Shown here: in pieces, positions 35,846 through 46,017 of the stretch
Layout: every line of letters starts with the position of its first letter
Numbering within the stretch: the first letter of the stretch is position 1
Virus record (IMG/VR): IMGVR_UViG_3300004213_000001
Span: 1-61,687 of that record
DNA length: 61,687 nucleotides
Source: a virus
Taxonomy: Duplodnaviria > Caudoviricetes
Direction: 5' to 3' (one strand)
Position numbers and translations under genes: made by a program
Notes under the pieces: generated by a model
What the model saw: the letters and a program-made list of their open reading frames with translations, nothing else
Databases searched by the model: none
Told to the model about the DNA's origin: nothing

Positions 35846-36768
35846 GTGGTGTAACTCCTCTTGAGCCGGAAGTCCATCGCGGTGGTTCCGGAGGTGAAGC
35901 CGGTCGCGGCGATCGTGCCGCCGTAGACGAACCCGCCCGCAGGCCAGGTCCCCGCAGGTGCACCGCTGTCGAACACGAAGGCCCCCTCCCCGCCGAGGTC
36001 CACTCGGGCGGACCAGTCAGCCCCGCCCGTCTGCGCCCAGGAGTCGGTCGTGTTCTTGTTCGCCTTCAGCGTTGCCATGTCGATAACGACGTACTCGGTC
36101 GCTGCCAGGGCTACAGTCGGCCTCAGACCGACGCTCTTGCCGCTCACCGAGTCCTGCACCTTCAGCAGCCCAGACACCGCCAGAGGCCCCTTCACGCGCA
36201 CCAGGCCAGCCGTGATGGGTGCGTTGCTGTCGCCCAGCAGGGCCGTCAGGTCAACGGCCTGGCTGGCAGCCGTGATCGGGATGGAGGCGGTGGTGTAGTC
36301 GCTCACGCTGCGGTAGAAGGCGTTGATGTTCTCCAGGACGAAGGTGACGCGGGCGGTGCGCTCGTTGATGCGCTCGATGCCCGCGCTGCCCACCTGGCGG
36401 AACTGCGCCGTACGCAGCAGCGAGGGGTCCACCGTGAACGACTGCCCGGCCCGAGCCAGCCCTCCTGCGAGGGGCGTGCGCTGAGGGGCGGAGAGGACGG
36501 TGAAGTCCTTTCGACCGAACAGGCCCAGCAGCCCGGTCAGGATCATCTTGTGGTCGTCTTTGTCGTCCCCGAGCACATTCATGACGAGCGACTCGCGGCC
36601 CGTTCCGAAGTAGTTCTCCGGGTCAGGCGCACCGCCGTGAAAGCCGAAGATGGAGCCGTCGAGAATGGTCCGGCTCACGTCCGAAACGAGAGTGCTCGCG
36701 GTGTAGTCGATGCCCCACTCGCCCAGCGGATCGCGCAGCGGAACACCGCTGACGATGTAGTCGCGCAT
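35842..36768 (-). CDS. Distal tail protein (Dit-like)
   Basis: Position after TMP, size about 300 aa. Confidence 0.7.
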   Translation of the reverse strand: MRDYIVSGVPLRDPLGEWGIDYTASTLVSDVSRTILDGSIFGFHGGAPDPENYFGTGRESLVMNVLGDDKDDHKMILTGLLGLFGRKDFTVLSAPQRTPLAGGLARAGQSFTVDPSLLRTAQFRQVGSAGIERINERTARVTFVLENINAFYRSVSDYTTASIPITAASQAVDLTALLGDSNAPITAGLVRVKGPLAVSGLLKVQDSVSGKSVGLRPTVALAATEYVVIDMATLKANKNTTDSWAQTGGADWSARVDLGGEGAFVFDSGAPAGTWPAGGFVYGGTIAATGFTSGTTAMDFRLKRSYTT

Positions 36769-39656
36769 CAGACCTCCAGGAGAGCGGCACCGAGTTGCAG
36801 AGACTCATTGATCTCGACAGAATCGGGCTTAGTGATCGGGTTGTAGTTCTTCTGAGAGATGTTGACGGTCTTGGAGTAAGTGGTCCCGCCACCAGCGCCA
36901 GAGATGAAGGCCGGAGCCGCTGCCGGAGTGGCCGACGCCTTCATCATACCGGGGACCGCGTTCGTAATCCCTCCGAGCGTTCCTTCCAGGTGTCCGATGC
37001 TGTTGTTGATGCCGTTGATGAATCCCTGCATCACGTCCTCACCGGCACTCTCGAGGAGAATCTTGTCCTTCGCGGGCGGCCCCTTGTGGTCGGGGATGAG
37101 CCGGGTGATGGCGTGCAACTTGTCCGTCAGGCGGGTGATCATGGAAACGACACCGTTGATCAAGCCCTGGATGATGTTCTTGCCAGCGTTGTAGAGCCAG
37201 GAGGCCGCGCCAGCCAGGGCACCCTGGACCCGGCTCTTGATCGCCTGCACCTTGCTGATGATGCTGTTGATCTTGTCGCGGATGCCGTTGTAGACGTTGG
37301 TCCAGATGCGGCTGGCGGTACTCGAGACGGCCGACCAGGCGTTAGAGAGCGTGCTCTTGATGGTCGCCATGGAGCGCCCGACGAACGCCTGGACGGTGCG
37401 CAGCGGCCCCTGAATCCGATCACGGACGGCGTTGAACGCTGCCTGCGTCCTGGTGCTGATGAAGTTCCAGGCCGAGACGAAGAGGTTCCGATATGCCGTC
37501 AGCACCCGGATGATGAGGTTCTTGACGAAGTTGAGCGCCGCCGCGATCTTGTCTCGGATGGCCGCAAGAATCGGAGCGATGAAGCCGACGATGCTGGTCC
37601 AGATGGAGACGAAGAATCCGGAGACGGCGGTCCACACCGTGTTCCAGAGGTTGCCGATGAAGGTAAGGGCGGTCTGGATGGCGACCGAGATGGCGCTGAG
37701 GCCGTAGTTGACCGCTGCGTTGATCAGTCCGAACACAGCCTGGATCAACTGGCCGAAGGGGCCGTTCCAGAAGGCCGCCCAGAGGCCCTGGATGAAGGCC
37801 AGGGCGGTGACGAAGACGTTCTGGATGAAGAGGAATGCGCCGACGAAGAAGTTCTTGATAGCGGTGAAGACGGCGATGACCACACCGGAGACGAAGCCCC
37901 ACGCGGTACTCCAGATCGCTTGGACGCCAGCCACCCCGGCCTCAAACATTCCCCGCAGGCTGGCCCAGAAGGCGACGAAGAACGCTCCGATGGCGGTGAA
38001 CACCGAGACGAAGAAGTCCCGGATGCCGGTGAAGATGGACACGAAGAAGTCCCGGATGGAGGTGAACACCGAGACGGTGACAGCCTTGATCCGGTCCCAA
38101 TTCTTGTAGATGACCACGGCCAGAACGACCACGATCGCGACGACGGCCACGATGGCTGCGAGGACCCCGAGGATGGGGAGGGCGATTCCGCCCGCGATGG
38201 AGAAGGCCGCCACGACACCCGCGATGGCGGCTGCGATGCCCGCCAGCACGCTGAGCAGCAGCAGCATTCCGGCCACTACGGCGGCCACGATGACGATGAT
38301 CTTCTTGGTGCGCGGAGCCAGGTTGTTCCAGGCATTCGCCATCGACATCAGGAACTTCACCACGGACTTGAGAACCGGAATCAGCATCCGGCCGATCTCA
38401 ATTCCGATGGTCTCCACGGAACCCTTGAGGTTCTCCCACATGCCCGAGAGGTTGTTCAGGCGCTCCTGCGCGACACCAGCCGCAGTGACCTTCCCCATCG
38501 AGGCGGACATCTTGTTGTAGCCGTCAGCGCCCTCGTCAGCCAGCACCGCCGCCGCACGAATGGCGTCGGAGCCGAAGAGCGTCTGGAGCGTGGCGAGTTT
38601 CTGCTCCTTCGTCAGCCCCTTCGTCTTGTCCTGGAGAAGGCCCTGGACCTCGGCCATGGACTTGACGTTTCCCTGGGCGTCGAAGAACTGGTTCTTCAGC
38701 GCACCTAGAGACGTTCCGAGACGCTCGGTGGCCTTGTTGTTCTCCGAGGAGCCGCGCTCACCCTGGCCGGAAGCCTCGACGTACTTCGAGATGGCGTCGC
38801 GGACGTCGTCGTAAGAAGCAGACGCAGGCTTGATGCCTCGGTCCGCCAACTTCTTCATCGCGTCGGCATTACCGACGGTGACGAATCCGAGTTGCTCGAA
38901 GAGTTGAATCTGATCCTTGGTCGTCGGGATCAGGTTGGACATGAAGGTCTTGAGCGACGTACCGGCGTCCGAGCCCTTGATCCCAGCGTTACCCATCTCC
39001 GCGATAGCGACGGAGAGGTCGTCGAAACTGAATCCGGTCAGGCTGGCAACTGCTCCGGCCTGGCTCAGCGAATAGCCGAAGTCCTTGACGTCGATGGCGG
39101 AAGCATTCGCCGCGCCCGCGATCTTGTCTGCTACGTTGGGCATATCCGCCGCAGCCAGATTGAACTGGTTCATCGCGTTGCTGGCGATGGTGGCGGCCTC
39201 GGGCAGGTCCACCTCGCCCGCTGCGGCCAGGGCCACGGTCGCGTCCGCAGCACCGTTCATGATGTCCGGAACGGACAGGCCAGCCTTCGCGAGTTCTTCG
39301 ATGGCGCTGGCGGCCTCGTTGGCCGAGAAGGAGGTGTCCTTGCCGATGCGGAGGGCGGTGTCGGACAGGCCCTTCATGTCCGACTCAGTGGCCCCAGAAA
39401 CGGCCTTGATGGCCGAGAGGCGCTTCTCGTAGGAGACGGCGCTGTTGACGGCTCCGGCGAAGCCAGCGGCCACCAGGCCGCCCGCAGCCCCTACCGCCGC
39501 GCTGGCGGTGGCCAGACCGCCCGCAGACTTGCTGAACTTGTCCAGCCCGCCCTTGAGGCCACCTACTGCCTGCTCGGCCTTCTTAGCCCCAGACTCAGCG
39601 CCAGATGCATCGATTTCAATCCGGCCCCGGACCGTGCCGAGATTGTAATCGGTCAC
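36768..39656 (-). CDS. Tape measure protein
   Basis: DTSFSANEAA, GIKGSDAGTSLK, LFGSDA, TM block, 11-residue W/F periodicity. Confidence 0.95.
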   Translation of the reverse strand: MTDYNLGTVRGRIEIDASGAESGAKKAEQAVGGLKGGLDKFSKSAGGLATASAAVGAAGGLVAAGFAGAVNSAVSYEKRLSAIKAVSGATESDMKGLSDTALRIGKDTSFSANEAASAIEELAKAGLSVPDIMNGAADATVALAAAGEVDLPEAATIASNAMNQFNLAAADMPNVADKIAGAANASAIDVKDFGYSLSQAGAVASLTGFSFDDLSVAIAEMGNAGIKGSDAGTSLKTFMSNLIPTTKDQIQLFEQLGFVTVGNADAMKKLADRGIKPASASYDDVRDAISKYVEASGQGERGSSENNKATERLGTSLGALKNQFFDAQGNVKSMAEVQGLLQDKTKGLTKEQKLATLQTLFGSDAIRAAAVLADEGADGYNKMSASMGKVTAAGVAQERLNNLSGMWENLKGSVETIGIEIGRMLIPVLKSVVKFLMSMANAWNNLAPRTKKIIVIVAAVVAGMLLLLSVLAGIAAAIAGVVAAFSIAGGIALPILGVLAAIVAVVAIVVVLAVVIYKNWDRIKAVTVSVFTSIRDFFVSIFTGIRDFFVSVFTAIGAFFVAFWASLRGMFEAGVAGVQAIWSTAWGFVSGVVIAVFTAIKNFFVGAFLFIQNVFVTALAFIQGLWAAFWNGPFGQLIQAVFGLINAAVNYGLSAISVAIQTALTFIGNLWNTVWTAVSGFFVSIWTSIVGFIAPILAAIRDKIAAALNFVKNLIIRVLTAYRNLFVSAWNFISTRTQAAFNAVRDRIQGPLRTVQAFVGRSMATIKSTLSNAWSAVSSTASRIWTNVYNGIRDKINSIISKVQAIKSRVQGALAGAASWLYNAGKNIIQGLINGVVSMITRLTDKLHAITRLIPDHKGPPAKDKILLESAGEDVMQGFINGINNSIGHLEGTLGGITNAVPGMMKASATPAAAPAFISGAGGGTTYSKTVNISQKNYNPITKPDSVEINESLQLGAALLEV

Positions 39657-39665
39657 CCTGACTCC

Positions 39666-39959
39666 TTATCTCTTCCTTCGGTTCATCGCCGAACGAGGAT
39701 CAGCGAACTTCTTCGATGCGGTGGAGTCAGGGAGCCACCGGCGAAGCAACGTGTCTAGACGGTTCTTTCTCTCACTTTCGTTCCTACCCTCCACGGCATT
39801 GATCTCTCCCTGGAGGGCGGAGCCGAAACTGAACACTGCTCGGTCGAAACAGAACGCCGCTAGTGGGTCGTTCTCTACGGCGATGAGGTCGCTAGGACGC
39901 GTCCCCGTCGCCTTGCTCATCAGAAACATCTCCCAGAGAAATTCCGGTTTCGCGACGAA
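39666..39959 (-). CDS. Tail assembly chaperone, frameshift extension (gpGT-like)
   Basis: Open +1 frame from TTT_CGT at 39960-39955; RPSD..., AFCFDRAV..FG. Confidence 0.65.
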   Translation of the reverse strand, partial: FVAKPEFLWEMFLMSKATGTRPSDLIAVENDPLAAFCFDRAVFSFGSALQGEINAVEGRNESERKNRLDTLLRRWLPDSTASKKFADPRSAMNRRKR

Positions 39960-40407
39960 ATCGCGCGAGGTCGCGGGTGCCTCCGACCGCGTACTGGAAG
40001 ATGAACGACTTGTCCTCGAAGTCCACGTCGTCCGTGTAGATGCCGTCCTCGCGCTCCTCCTCGGGGATGTCCTCGCCCTTGTCGTTGCGGTGGTAGAGCA
40101 CCTTCGGCTCCAGGACGACGGTGCACAGCACCCGGTCCATCGCGTCCAGCATCGCGAGGACGGTCTCCGGGTCGTTGCCGAGTTCCTCGGTCTGCTTCTG
40201 CGAGATGGTGCCCTTGCCCTTGGCGATCATCTCCTGGACCTGAGCCGCCAGTGCGTCGGGCAGGACGCCCTTCTTGAGCAGCGCCTCGGGGCCGGGCCTG
40301 CGGACGCGGGCGGTGTTCCCGCTGGGCAGCAGCAGGTCCTCGCCGCGCTTCTTCGTCCAGGTTGTCTTCTTCGGCTGAGCCTTGCCGGTGTTCTTGCCGT
40401 TTGCCAT
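39892..40407 (-). CDS. Tail assembly chaperone (gpG-like)
   Basis: Between major tail and TMP; LPSG..., YTDDVDFEDK.FIFQYA.GG. Confidence 0.8.
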   Translation of the reverse strand: MANGKNTGKAQPKKTTWTKKRGEDLLLPSGNTARVRRPGPEALLKKGVLPDALAAQVQEMIAKGKGTISQKQTEELGNDPETVLAMLDAMDRVLCTVVLEPKVLYHRNDKGEDIPEEEREDGIYTDDVDFEDKSFIFQYAVGGTRDLARFRRETGISLGDVSDEQGDGDAS

Positions 40408-40448
40408 CTGAGTGGTCTCTTTCCTCTAGTAGTTCAGAACGCCGTTGG

Positions 40449-40985
40449 TTACGGCGTGCCGGTCGGGGTGACGATGCTGATGGCGGTGCCGTTCTCCACG
40501 AAGTCGTAGAGGTTGTTGTTGGTGTCGCCGATGCCGGAGCCGTCCGCCTTCGTGACCCAGAACTCGCCGTCCTTCATCTCGCCCTCCATCGAGCCGTCGG
40601 CGATCGCCTTGTAGACGACGCCGTGGAAGTCGCCGCCGCCCTCGGAGATGGCCTGGCCCTCCACGTAGAAGTACGGACGGGAGTCGTTCGCCTTCTTCTT
40701 GTAGGTCTTCTTGAGGGTGGCCCCGGTGCCCGCCACGGTGAGCGTGCCGCCGTTGATGGCGCAGTAGGCCTCCAGCGAGATGCCACCGGCCTCCAGGGTC
40801 CACTCGACGGTGGGGCCGTTGCCGCGCTTCGCGACGTCCTTGTCGTCGCCCCGGAGCGTGGAGTAGTCCTCCGACTCGCTGAAGGAGAACGTCTGCGCGT
40901 TCGGGAGGTCGATCATGGTGCCGTAGGCCCCGAGGTTGGTGATCGGCGTGATCTTGACGTCACGGAGACCGAAGGGAGTTGCCAT
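40449..40985 (-). CDS. Major tail protein
   Basis: PFGLRDVKI, LRGDD, RPYF; position. Confidence 0.8.
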   Translation of the reverse strand: MATPFGLRDVKITPITNLGAYGTMIDLPNAQTFSFSESEDYSTLRGDDKDVAKRGNGPTVEWTLEAGGISLEAYCAINGGTLTVAGTGATLKKTYKKKANDSRPYFYVEGQAISEGGGDFHGVVYKAIADGSMEGEMKDGEFWVTKADGSGIGDTNNNLYDFVENGTAISIVTPTGTP

Positions 40986-40990
40986 TTCTT

Positions 40991-41176
40991 CTAGCCCTTT
41001 CTGAGGCGAGGTTCAGCGAAAGTGCGGGTGCCCACAAATCCGCCCTGGTGGTCGAACTGGTGAATAACCACCAGCCCGGGAGCCCATCCACAGGTGCGCG
41101 CCTTGCACTTGAATTCGATCAGGCCCTCACGGACCTCACCGAACTTCTTGCCGGACGCGCACCTGATGTCTGTCAT
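40991..41176 (-). CDS. Small Cys-containing protein
   Basis: DIRC..., IEFKC..R.C..., VIH.FD. Confidence 0.6.
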   Translation of the reverse strand: MTDIRCASGKKFGEVREGLIEFKCKARTCGWAPGLVVIHQFDHQGGFVGTRTFAEPRLRKG

Positions 41177-41189
41177 GATGGGGTCGGGT

Positions 41190-41498
41190 CTAGCCCGCCG
41201 TCGAACTGCCGTTGCCGCCCTGGCCCTCGGCCCCGGAGCCCGCGCTGAGGCCGGTGGCCCCGATCTGCGCCGTCTCCAGCACGTCCTCGGGGTCGAGGCC
41301 GCCGTTCAGGTCGAAGGCCGTCTTCGTGGAGGCCTTGAAGTCGTTGCTCTCCTCGAAGAACTTGATCTTGTCCTTGTCGCCGGTCACGCCGATGTGGTTC
41401 GGTCCGGAGAACGTGACCCCGCCGATCTCCCGGTCGATGAAGGGCAACTTGGAGGCGTCCTCGTCCCCCAGCCACTCGAAATACTGCTTGTCGGCCAC
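41190..41498 (-). CDS. Hypothetical protein
   Basis: Start MADKQY after AAAGGAG. Confidence 0.6.
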   Translation of the reverse strand: MADKQYFEWLGDEDASKLPFIDREIGGVTFSGPNHIGVTGDKDKIKFFEESNDFKASTKTAFDLNGGLDPEDVLETAQIGATGLSAGSGAEGQGGNGSSTAG

Positions 41499-41584
41499 GA
41501 TGGCTCCTTTCCGTTGGAGCCAGTGTACCGTTCTGCGCCCCTGCGATGGGCAGCGCAAGGGGGCGGGAGAAGTCCGGTTCTTAG

Positions 41585-41968
41585 TCAGGAACCGATCATG
41601 GTGAAACTGAGATTTCGAGTGTTTGCTCTCCACTGGTCGTCGTACAACTCGATCGAGATGTCCCCGGGAATTGCGTAGGCGAGCAGGCTGTCCTCGAAAC
41701 GGAAGTTGACCACGTCGTGCAGCAGCACGAAGGCTCTCTCCAGCACCTCGTCGATCAGGTCGTACGACTGGCGCTCCTCGTAGACCCAGAGGCTGGCCCG
41801 GTAGGTGCGCAGCCCAGGACCGACCCGCTGCCGACCATCGTGCCCCAGAACGGCGAAGGGGAGCGGTGGGCTGTCCGGGACGGCCGAGCGCGTCCACCAC
41901 CGCTCAGCGGGCACCAGGCTCTGGAGAACGTCGTCATTGGTCAGCAGGTGAAAAAGGGCTTTCCTCAT
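41585..41968 (-). CDS. Tail terminator protein
   Basis: Position; PFAVL, SYDLIDEVL, DISIELYDD. Confidence 0.7.
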   Translation of the reverse strand: MRKALFHLLTNDDVLQSLVPAERWWTRSAVPDSPPLPFAVLGHDGRQRVGPGLRTYRASLWVYEERQSYDLIDEVLERAFVLLHDVVNFRFEDSLLAYAIPGDISIELYDDQWRANTRNLSFTMIGS

Positions 41969-42354
41969 GAACCGAACCTCTCCAGAATCTTTGACAGGGT
42001 CTTCATCACTCTCGGGCCGTACTCCTGGAGCGTCGGCACGATGACGGCGAACTTTCCCGCCCAGCGAGTTTCCAGATAGACGCCGTACGGCACCTGATGC
42101 GCCAGAACCAAGAAGTGGGCGTCGCCCTCCTTGCCGGAGGCCGCCCGAAGTCCGTTTCTGGCGTTAGTGGTCTGGTCCTTCCAGGGCGCATTACGCTTCG
42201 CCGAGTTCTCCACCTGGGGCTCGTAGAAGTGCAGCGTGGTCGTCACGGCCTTATTCAGGAAGGGCTGAATCTTCGGCACGCTCGGAGTGATGGTGTCCGA
42301 CTCTATCAGGAATCGCATGGCCGACCGAGACGAACTGCTGGTGCGCCTAGCCAC
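41965..42354 (-). CDS. Tail completion protein (HK97 gp10-like)
   Basis: AKRNAPWKDQTTNARNGL, VPYGVYLE. Confidence 0.75.
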   Translation of the reverse strand: MARRTSSSSRSAMRFLIESDTITPSVPKIQPFLNKAVTTTLHFYEPQVENSAKRNAPWKDQTTNARNGLRAASGKEGDAHFLVLAHQVPYGVYLETRWAGKFAVIVPTLQEYGPRVMKTLSKILERFGS

Positions 42355-42718
42355 GGGTCACCAGTTCAGCCTTCGTCTGATAGTCGCGCTTCTCCTGGAC
42401 GTGCACGACCTCAAACTGACGGCCACGAGACGTGAACCGGTCGTAGACCCCGATCTCGGCATCGTACGGTAGCACCAGGAAGAACTCCACCGGCACCGAC
42501 CGCCCGTCCGCAGTGAGCCGCTCCTGCGGCAGGCCGCCCCGAGCCACGGGCACGACCCGACCCACCACGGGCTGACGCTTCGGGCCAGCGGACATCTTGA
42601 ATCCGCCGCTGCCGTTGGACTGGCGAACCTGCTCGGTCAGGATGATCACCTCGCTGTCGGCCGCGATGAAGGCCTCCGTCACCTTCCGCTGCGCACGGGC
42701 CTCCACGCTCGGGATCAC
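42347..42718 (-). CDS. Head-tail stopper
   Basis: Position; NGSGG..., DRFT..GRQFEV. Confidence 0.65.
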   Translation of the reverse strand: MIPSVEARAQRKVTEAFIAADSEVIILTEQVRQSNGSGGFKMSAGPKRQPVVGRVVPVARGGLPQERLTADGRSVPVEFFLVLPYDAEIGVYDRFTSRGRQFEVVHVQEKRDYQTKAELVTRG

Positions 42719-43032
42719 GGTCGGACGATCTGACGGATGCGGGGCCGCCCCACGATCTCGGTCTCCGCCGGGACCGCAGCCTGGCTCTCGTGGTAGCCCG
42801 CGATGTCCAGGTAGTTCTTGTGGAGGTCGCTCAACTTTCGGCTGGAGCCGTTCTCCGTGACGTCCACCAGGCTCGCAGCCTCGTTCGCCTTGACGCGCCA
42901 GAAGGCAGCGGCGGTGCGATGGAGGTCGCGGTCGCAAGCCTCGTACATCGCATTCAGCCGGTCGTCGTTCCATTCCTCGGAGTTCGGCTCGGAGAGCCAC
43001 TCACGAAGGAGAGCCAAATCGGTGTCGTTCAC
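42715..43032 (-). CDS. Head-tail adaptor
   Basis: W..KA......VDVTENGSSRKLSDL. Confidence 0.7.
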   Translation of the reverse strand: MNDTDLALLREWLSEPNSEEWNDDRLNAMYEACDRDLHRTAAAFWRVKANEAASLVDVTENGSSRKLSDLHKNYLDIAGYHESQAAVPAETEIVGRPRIRQIVRP

Positions 43033-43105
43033 GGATTTCCTTCCTATCTCAGAACGGGGCAGCCGGTCCCTGAACCGACTGCCCCGCGTATCTGGAACCG
43101 GAGAA

Positions 43106-43483
43106 CTACGCTCCGGCCTCGTGCGCCTGCCGGACCTTCTCGATGAGGGTCGCCTTGTTGTCGCTGGTCTTCCAGTCGACCTCCAGGCGGTCCAACTCGT
43201 CGCGGAGGTCCTGCTTCGTGCCGGGGTCCTCGTCCTCGTCCTGCTCGCCGCCGCCATCATCCGGGTTGTCGGACTGGCTGTCGTCGGTTCCTGCCCCGTC
43301 CGCGCCCGTGCTGGGCTCGTCGGGAGATGCGGGATCACCACCCTCGCTGTCGGGCTGGCCCTCGGGGAAGAGACGGTCGTTCTCCTCCACCTCCTGCCAG
43401 CGGTTGCGCTCCAGGAGCCGCTGTCGCGTGTCCTCGTCGAGCGGCTTGGTCTGGTCGACCGCTGCCTCGTTGTCGAACGTCAC
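43106..43483 (-). CDS. Acidic protein with C-terminal SAP/HeH-like motif
   Basis: TKQDLRDELDRL.......NKATLIEKV; follows MCP. Confidence 0.6.
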   Translation of the reverse strand: MTFDNEAAVDQTKPLDEDTRQRLLERNRWQEVEENDRLFPEGQPDSEGGDPASPDEPSTGADGAGTDDSQSDNPDDGGGEQDEDEDPGTKQDLRDELDRLEVDWKTSDNKATLIEKVRQAHEAGA

Positions 43484-43507
43484 TTGCGTACCCTCCTCGG
43501 GTGTCGG

Positions 43508-43546
43508 GCTAGCAGGCCCTCAGAGCCGATCTGAGGGCCTGCTAGC
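43508..43546 (-). terminator. Strong hairpin after major capsid gene
   Basis: Perfect 17-bp stem GCTAGCAGGCCCTCAGA/TCTGAGGGCCTGCTAGC. Confidence 0.7.
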
Positions 43547-43558
43547 AGGGACCAGGGG

Positions 43559-44842
43559 TCAGCGGGCGTACGCGGCGGGGACCGCGTAGGTGCCGCTGGC
43601 CTTGACCTGCATCAGCGCCGCGCTGCCGCGCTGCCGGATGCCGACGCCGAACCCGCGCTGGTAGTACGAGTCCTGCAGCGGGTACGAGTTCGTCTCGCGG
43701 GTCTTGACGAGGCGGAGGCCCCGGTAGGCCGCGTTCGCGTGCTCGCGGATGCCGAGCGGGTTGGTCAGGTTGTTCGACCCACCCGTGGCGAAGGCCACGA
43801 GGTAGCCCGCCGGGATGTAGTCCTCCTCCACCACCAGGGCGTCGCCGTACGCGCCGACGACCTTGAGCCCCTGGTAGGTGTTGGCGGGCTGCTGCGCCTG
43901 GCCCACGATCATGTCCCGGGGCATGAGCAGGGACGGGGTCCCCTGCGCCGGGATGAAGTCGTAGGTGGCCGCGTAGGCACCGCTGTCCACCGCCGCCGCC
44001 GTGGCGGAGAGGTTGGCGATGTTCCGGAAGTTCCGGATGCGGTTGCTCTCCTGCTTGTTCACCATGACGATCAGGGTCGCGCCGCTGGCGGCGTCGAACC
44101 CGTGCTCGGTGATGTTGTTCAGGAGGGCGTCTAGGTCCTGACCGCGCAGCGCCGCCGCACCGGAGACCATGTAGTGCGAGTGGGTCCCGGAGAAGGTCGT
44201 GCTCTTGTAGGCGGGCGGCACGGTGCCGTCGCCGTTGTAGAGCGCGTAGACGGTGTACGGACGCTCGAGGATGTCCGCGACGCGGTTGGTCGGGTCGAAG
44301 AGCGTCTTGAACACCTCGCCGAAGACCAGGCGGTTGTCCGCCTCGACGATGGCGTTGTGGACGCTGTCGACCTGCGCCAGCGTGGCGTCCATGAGGAACT
44401 TCCAGGTGAACCGACCGGCGATGTCGTACCACTCGAACGGGAAGCCCATCTGGAAGGAGGACATCCGGGTGCGCACCGACTTGGGGACGCCGTACTCGGA
44501 GGCGACCTCGAAGTCGTCGCCGCCCGTGGCCTGCATCACGGTCTCGGTCGGGTTGGAGACCGAGTAGGTGAGGAACGAGATCAGGTTGTTCCGCCGGGCG
44601 TTGTACGCCTGGAGGACCGCCTGGAAGTCGCGCCAGACCGTGTTCAGGTCCACGCCGTCGGCGGTCTGCGTGACCACGTCCGACTGCTGGTTGAAGCCCC
44701 GGTCGCCACCCTCGAAGCCGAGGGTGATGCCCAGCGCCTCGCGCATGGACTTGTCCGCCAGGACGTCGATGTGGCCCGGCTGGACGAACGACCGCGACCC
44801 TGCGGGGAGGTAGAGGCGGGACGGGGCGAAGATGGCGCTCAT
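43559..44842 (-). CDS. Major capsid protein
   Basis: Size and position, strong codon bias, FEVASEYGVP, ITEHG, YPLQDSYYQRGFGVGIRQRG. Confidence 0.85.
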   Translation of the reverse strand: MSAIFAPSRLYLPAGSRSFVQPGHIDVLADKSMREALGITLGFEGGDRGFNQQSDVVTQTADGVDLNTVWRDFQAVLQAYNARRNNLISFLTYSVSNPTETVMQATGGDDFEVASEYGVPKSVRTRMSSFQMGFPFEWYDIAGRFTWKFLMDATLAQVDSVHNAIVEADNRLVFGEVFKTLFDPTNRVADILERPYTVYALYNGDGTVPPAYKSTTFSGTHSHYMVSGAAALRGQDLDALLNNITEHGFDAASGATLIVMVNKQESNRIRNFRNIANLSATAAAVDSGAYAATYDFIPAQGTPSLLMPRDMIVGQAQQPANTYQGLKVVGAYGDALVVEEDYIPAGYLVAFATGGSNNLTNPLGIREHANAAYRGLRLVKTRETNSYPLQDSYYQRGFGVGIRQRGSAALMQVKASGTYAVPAAYAR

Positions 44843-45240
44843 CAGGCGTTCTTCCTCTCGAAGCGGACGACCAGGCGACCGGCCTCGACGGTGTGCCCGA
44901 CGTAGGTGGTGCCAGCCGCGATGGCGGGGTTCGCACCGGCCGCCGCCGCGACGACGCCGGTGGCGTCGGTCACGATGAAGACGGTGCCAGCCGGGAACTC
45001 GGCGGCGGTGCCGACGATGTCCCCGAGGGACATCACGTCGACGACGCTGCCCGCGAGGTTGGACTTCCGGCTGTTCACCAGGAGACCGATGATGCCCGTG
45101 TTGCCGGGACCCTTGACGACTCGGCCGTTGGCCGTGAGGCCCACGCCGATCACCTTGTCCAGATCACCCGTCGCGAGAGGGGTGTCCAGGACGGCTCGGG
45201 TGCCGGAGACCTCGGGGACGTACTTGTCGATACGTGCCAC
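44842..45240 (-). CDS. Capsid decoration/cement protein
   Basis: Small beta-rich ORF between scaffold and MCP; VGHTVEAGRLVV. Confidence 0.65.
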   Translation of the reverse strand: MARIDKYVPEVSGTRAVLDTPLATGDLDKVIGVGLTANGRVVKGPGNTGIIGLLVNSRKSNLAGSVVDVMSLGDIVGTAAEFPAGTVFIVTDATGVVAAAAGANPAIAAGTTYVGHTVEAGRLVVRFERKNA

Positions 45241-45303
45241 GATGTTTCCTTTCCTTGCTCAGAGGGAGAGCCGAGTTGTTTCGACTCAGTTGGTGTTGCT
45301 GGA

Positions 45304-46017
45304 CTAGCGGAAGACGGAGGGGAACCGGTTCGGGTCCACCTTGACGGCGTCCTTGTCCTTCTTGCGCTTGCCACCGACGCCCTGATCGGTGGCGGGCGGC
45401 TGCTGCTGCTCGCCGTCGTCGCTGTCGGTGCTGGCCGCTGCCAGGAACCTCGGCTTGTCCGTCGCGAGACGCTTCAGCGCCTTCTTCAGTGCGTCCTTGT
45501 CGACGCTGCCGTCGTCGTCCACGACGTCCTCCAGGTAGCCCCGGCGCTGCGCGTAGTCGAGCGCGTACTCCGGGTCGTCCCACGTCTGGTCGTTGCTGAC
45601 CAGGAAGGCGTTCTCGAGCCTCAGGCTGGAGAGCGTCTCCTTGAGGGACGTGTTCTCGGACTCGAGTTCCGTGGCGCGCTCTTCGGCCCTGGTCTTCTCG
45701 TCCTTGTCCTTGTCCTCGAGTTCCTTGATCCGCCGCTGGAGAGCCGAGTTGTTCTTGTCCGCCGCCTTCATCCGCTTCCGCAGCCGGTCGGCCTCGGTCT
45801 CGGTGTCGTCGTCGTCCTTCTTGTCGGTGCTGGAGCCCTGCCCCTCGTCGCCCTCGTCGCCGTCCTCGCCCTCGTCCCCGTCGTCGCCGTCCTCGTCCTC
45901 GTCGCCATCGCGGCCGACGAGTTCGAAACGGACCTGACCGGTGCGGGTCATGAAGCCGTTGGTGAGAGAGACGTACAGCGGGAGACCGCTGAGCGCCTCG
46001 ATAGCCCTCTGAGCCAT
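45304..46017 (-). CDS. Scaffolding protein
   Basis: Acidic N-terminus, coiled coil, upstream of capsid genes. Confidence 0.8.
   Translation of the reverse strand: MAQRAIEALSGLPLYVSLTNGFMTRTGQVRFELVGRDGDEDEDGDDGDEGEDGDEGDEGQGSSTDKKDDDDTETEADRLRKRMKAADKNNSALQRRIKELEDKDKDEKTRAEERATELESENTSLKETLSSLRLENAFLVSNDQTWDDPEYALDYAQRRGYLEDVVDDDGSVDKDALKKALKRLATDKPRFLAAASTDSDDGEQQQPPATDQGVGGKRKKDKDAVKVDPNRFPSVFR

Noticed and set aside
37100-38110. Repeats within the tape measure gene
   Set aside because: Ordinary 11-residue amphipathic TMP periodicity
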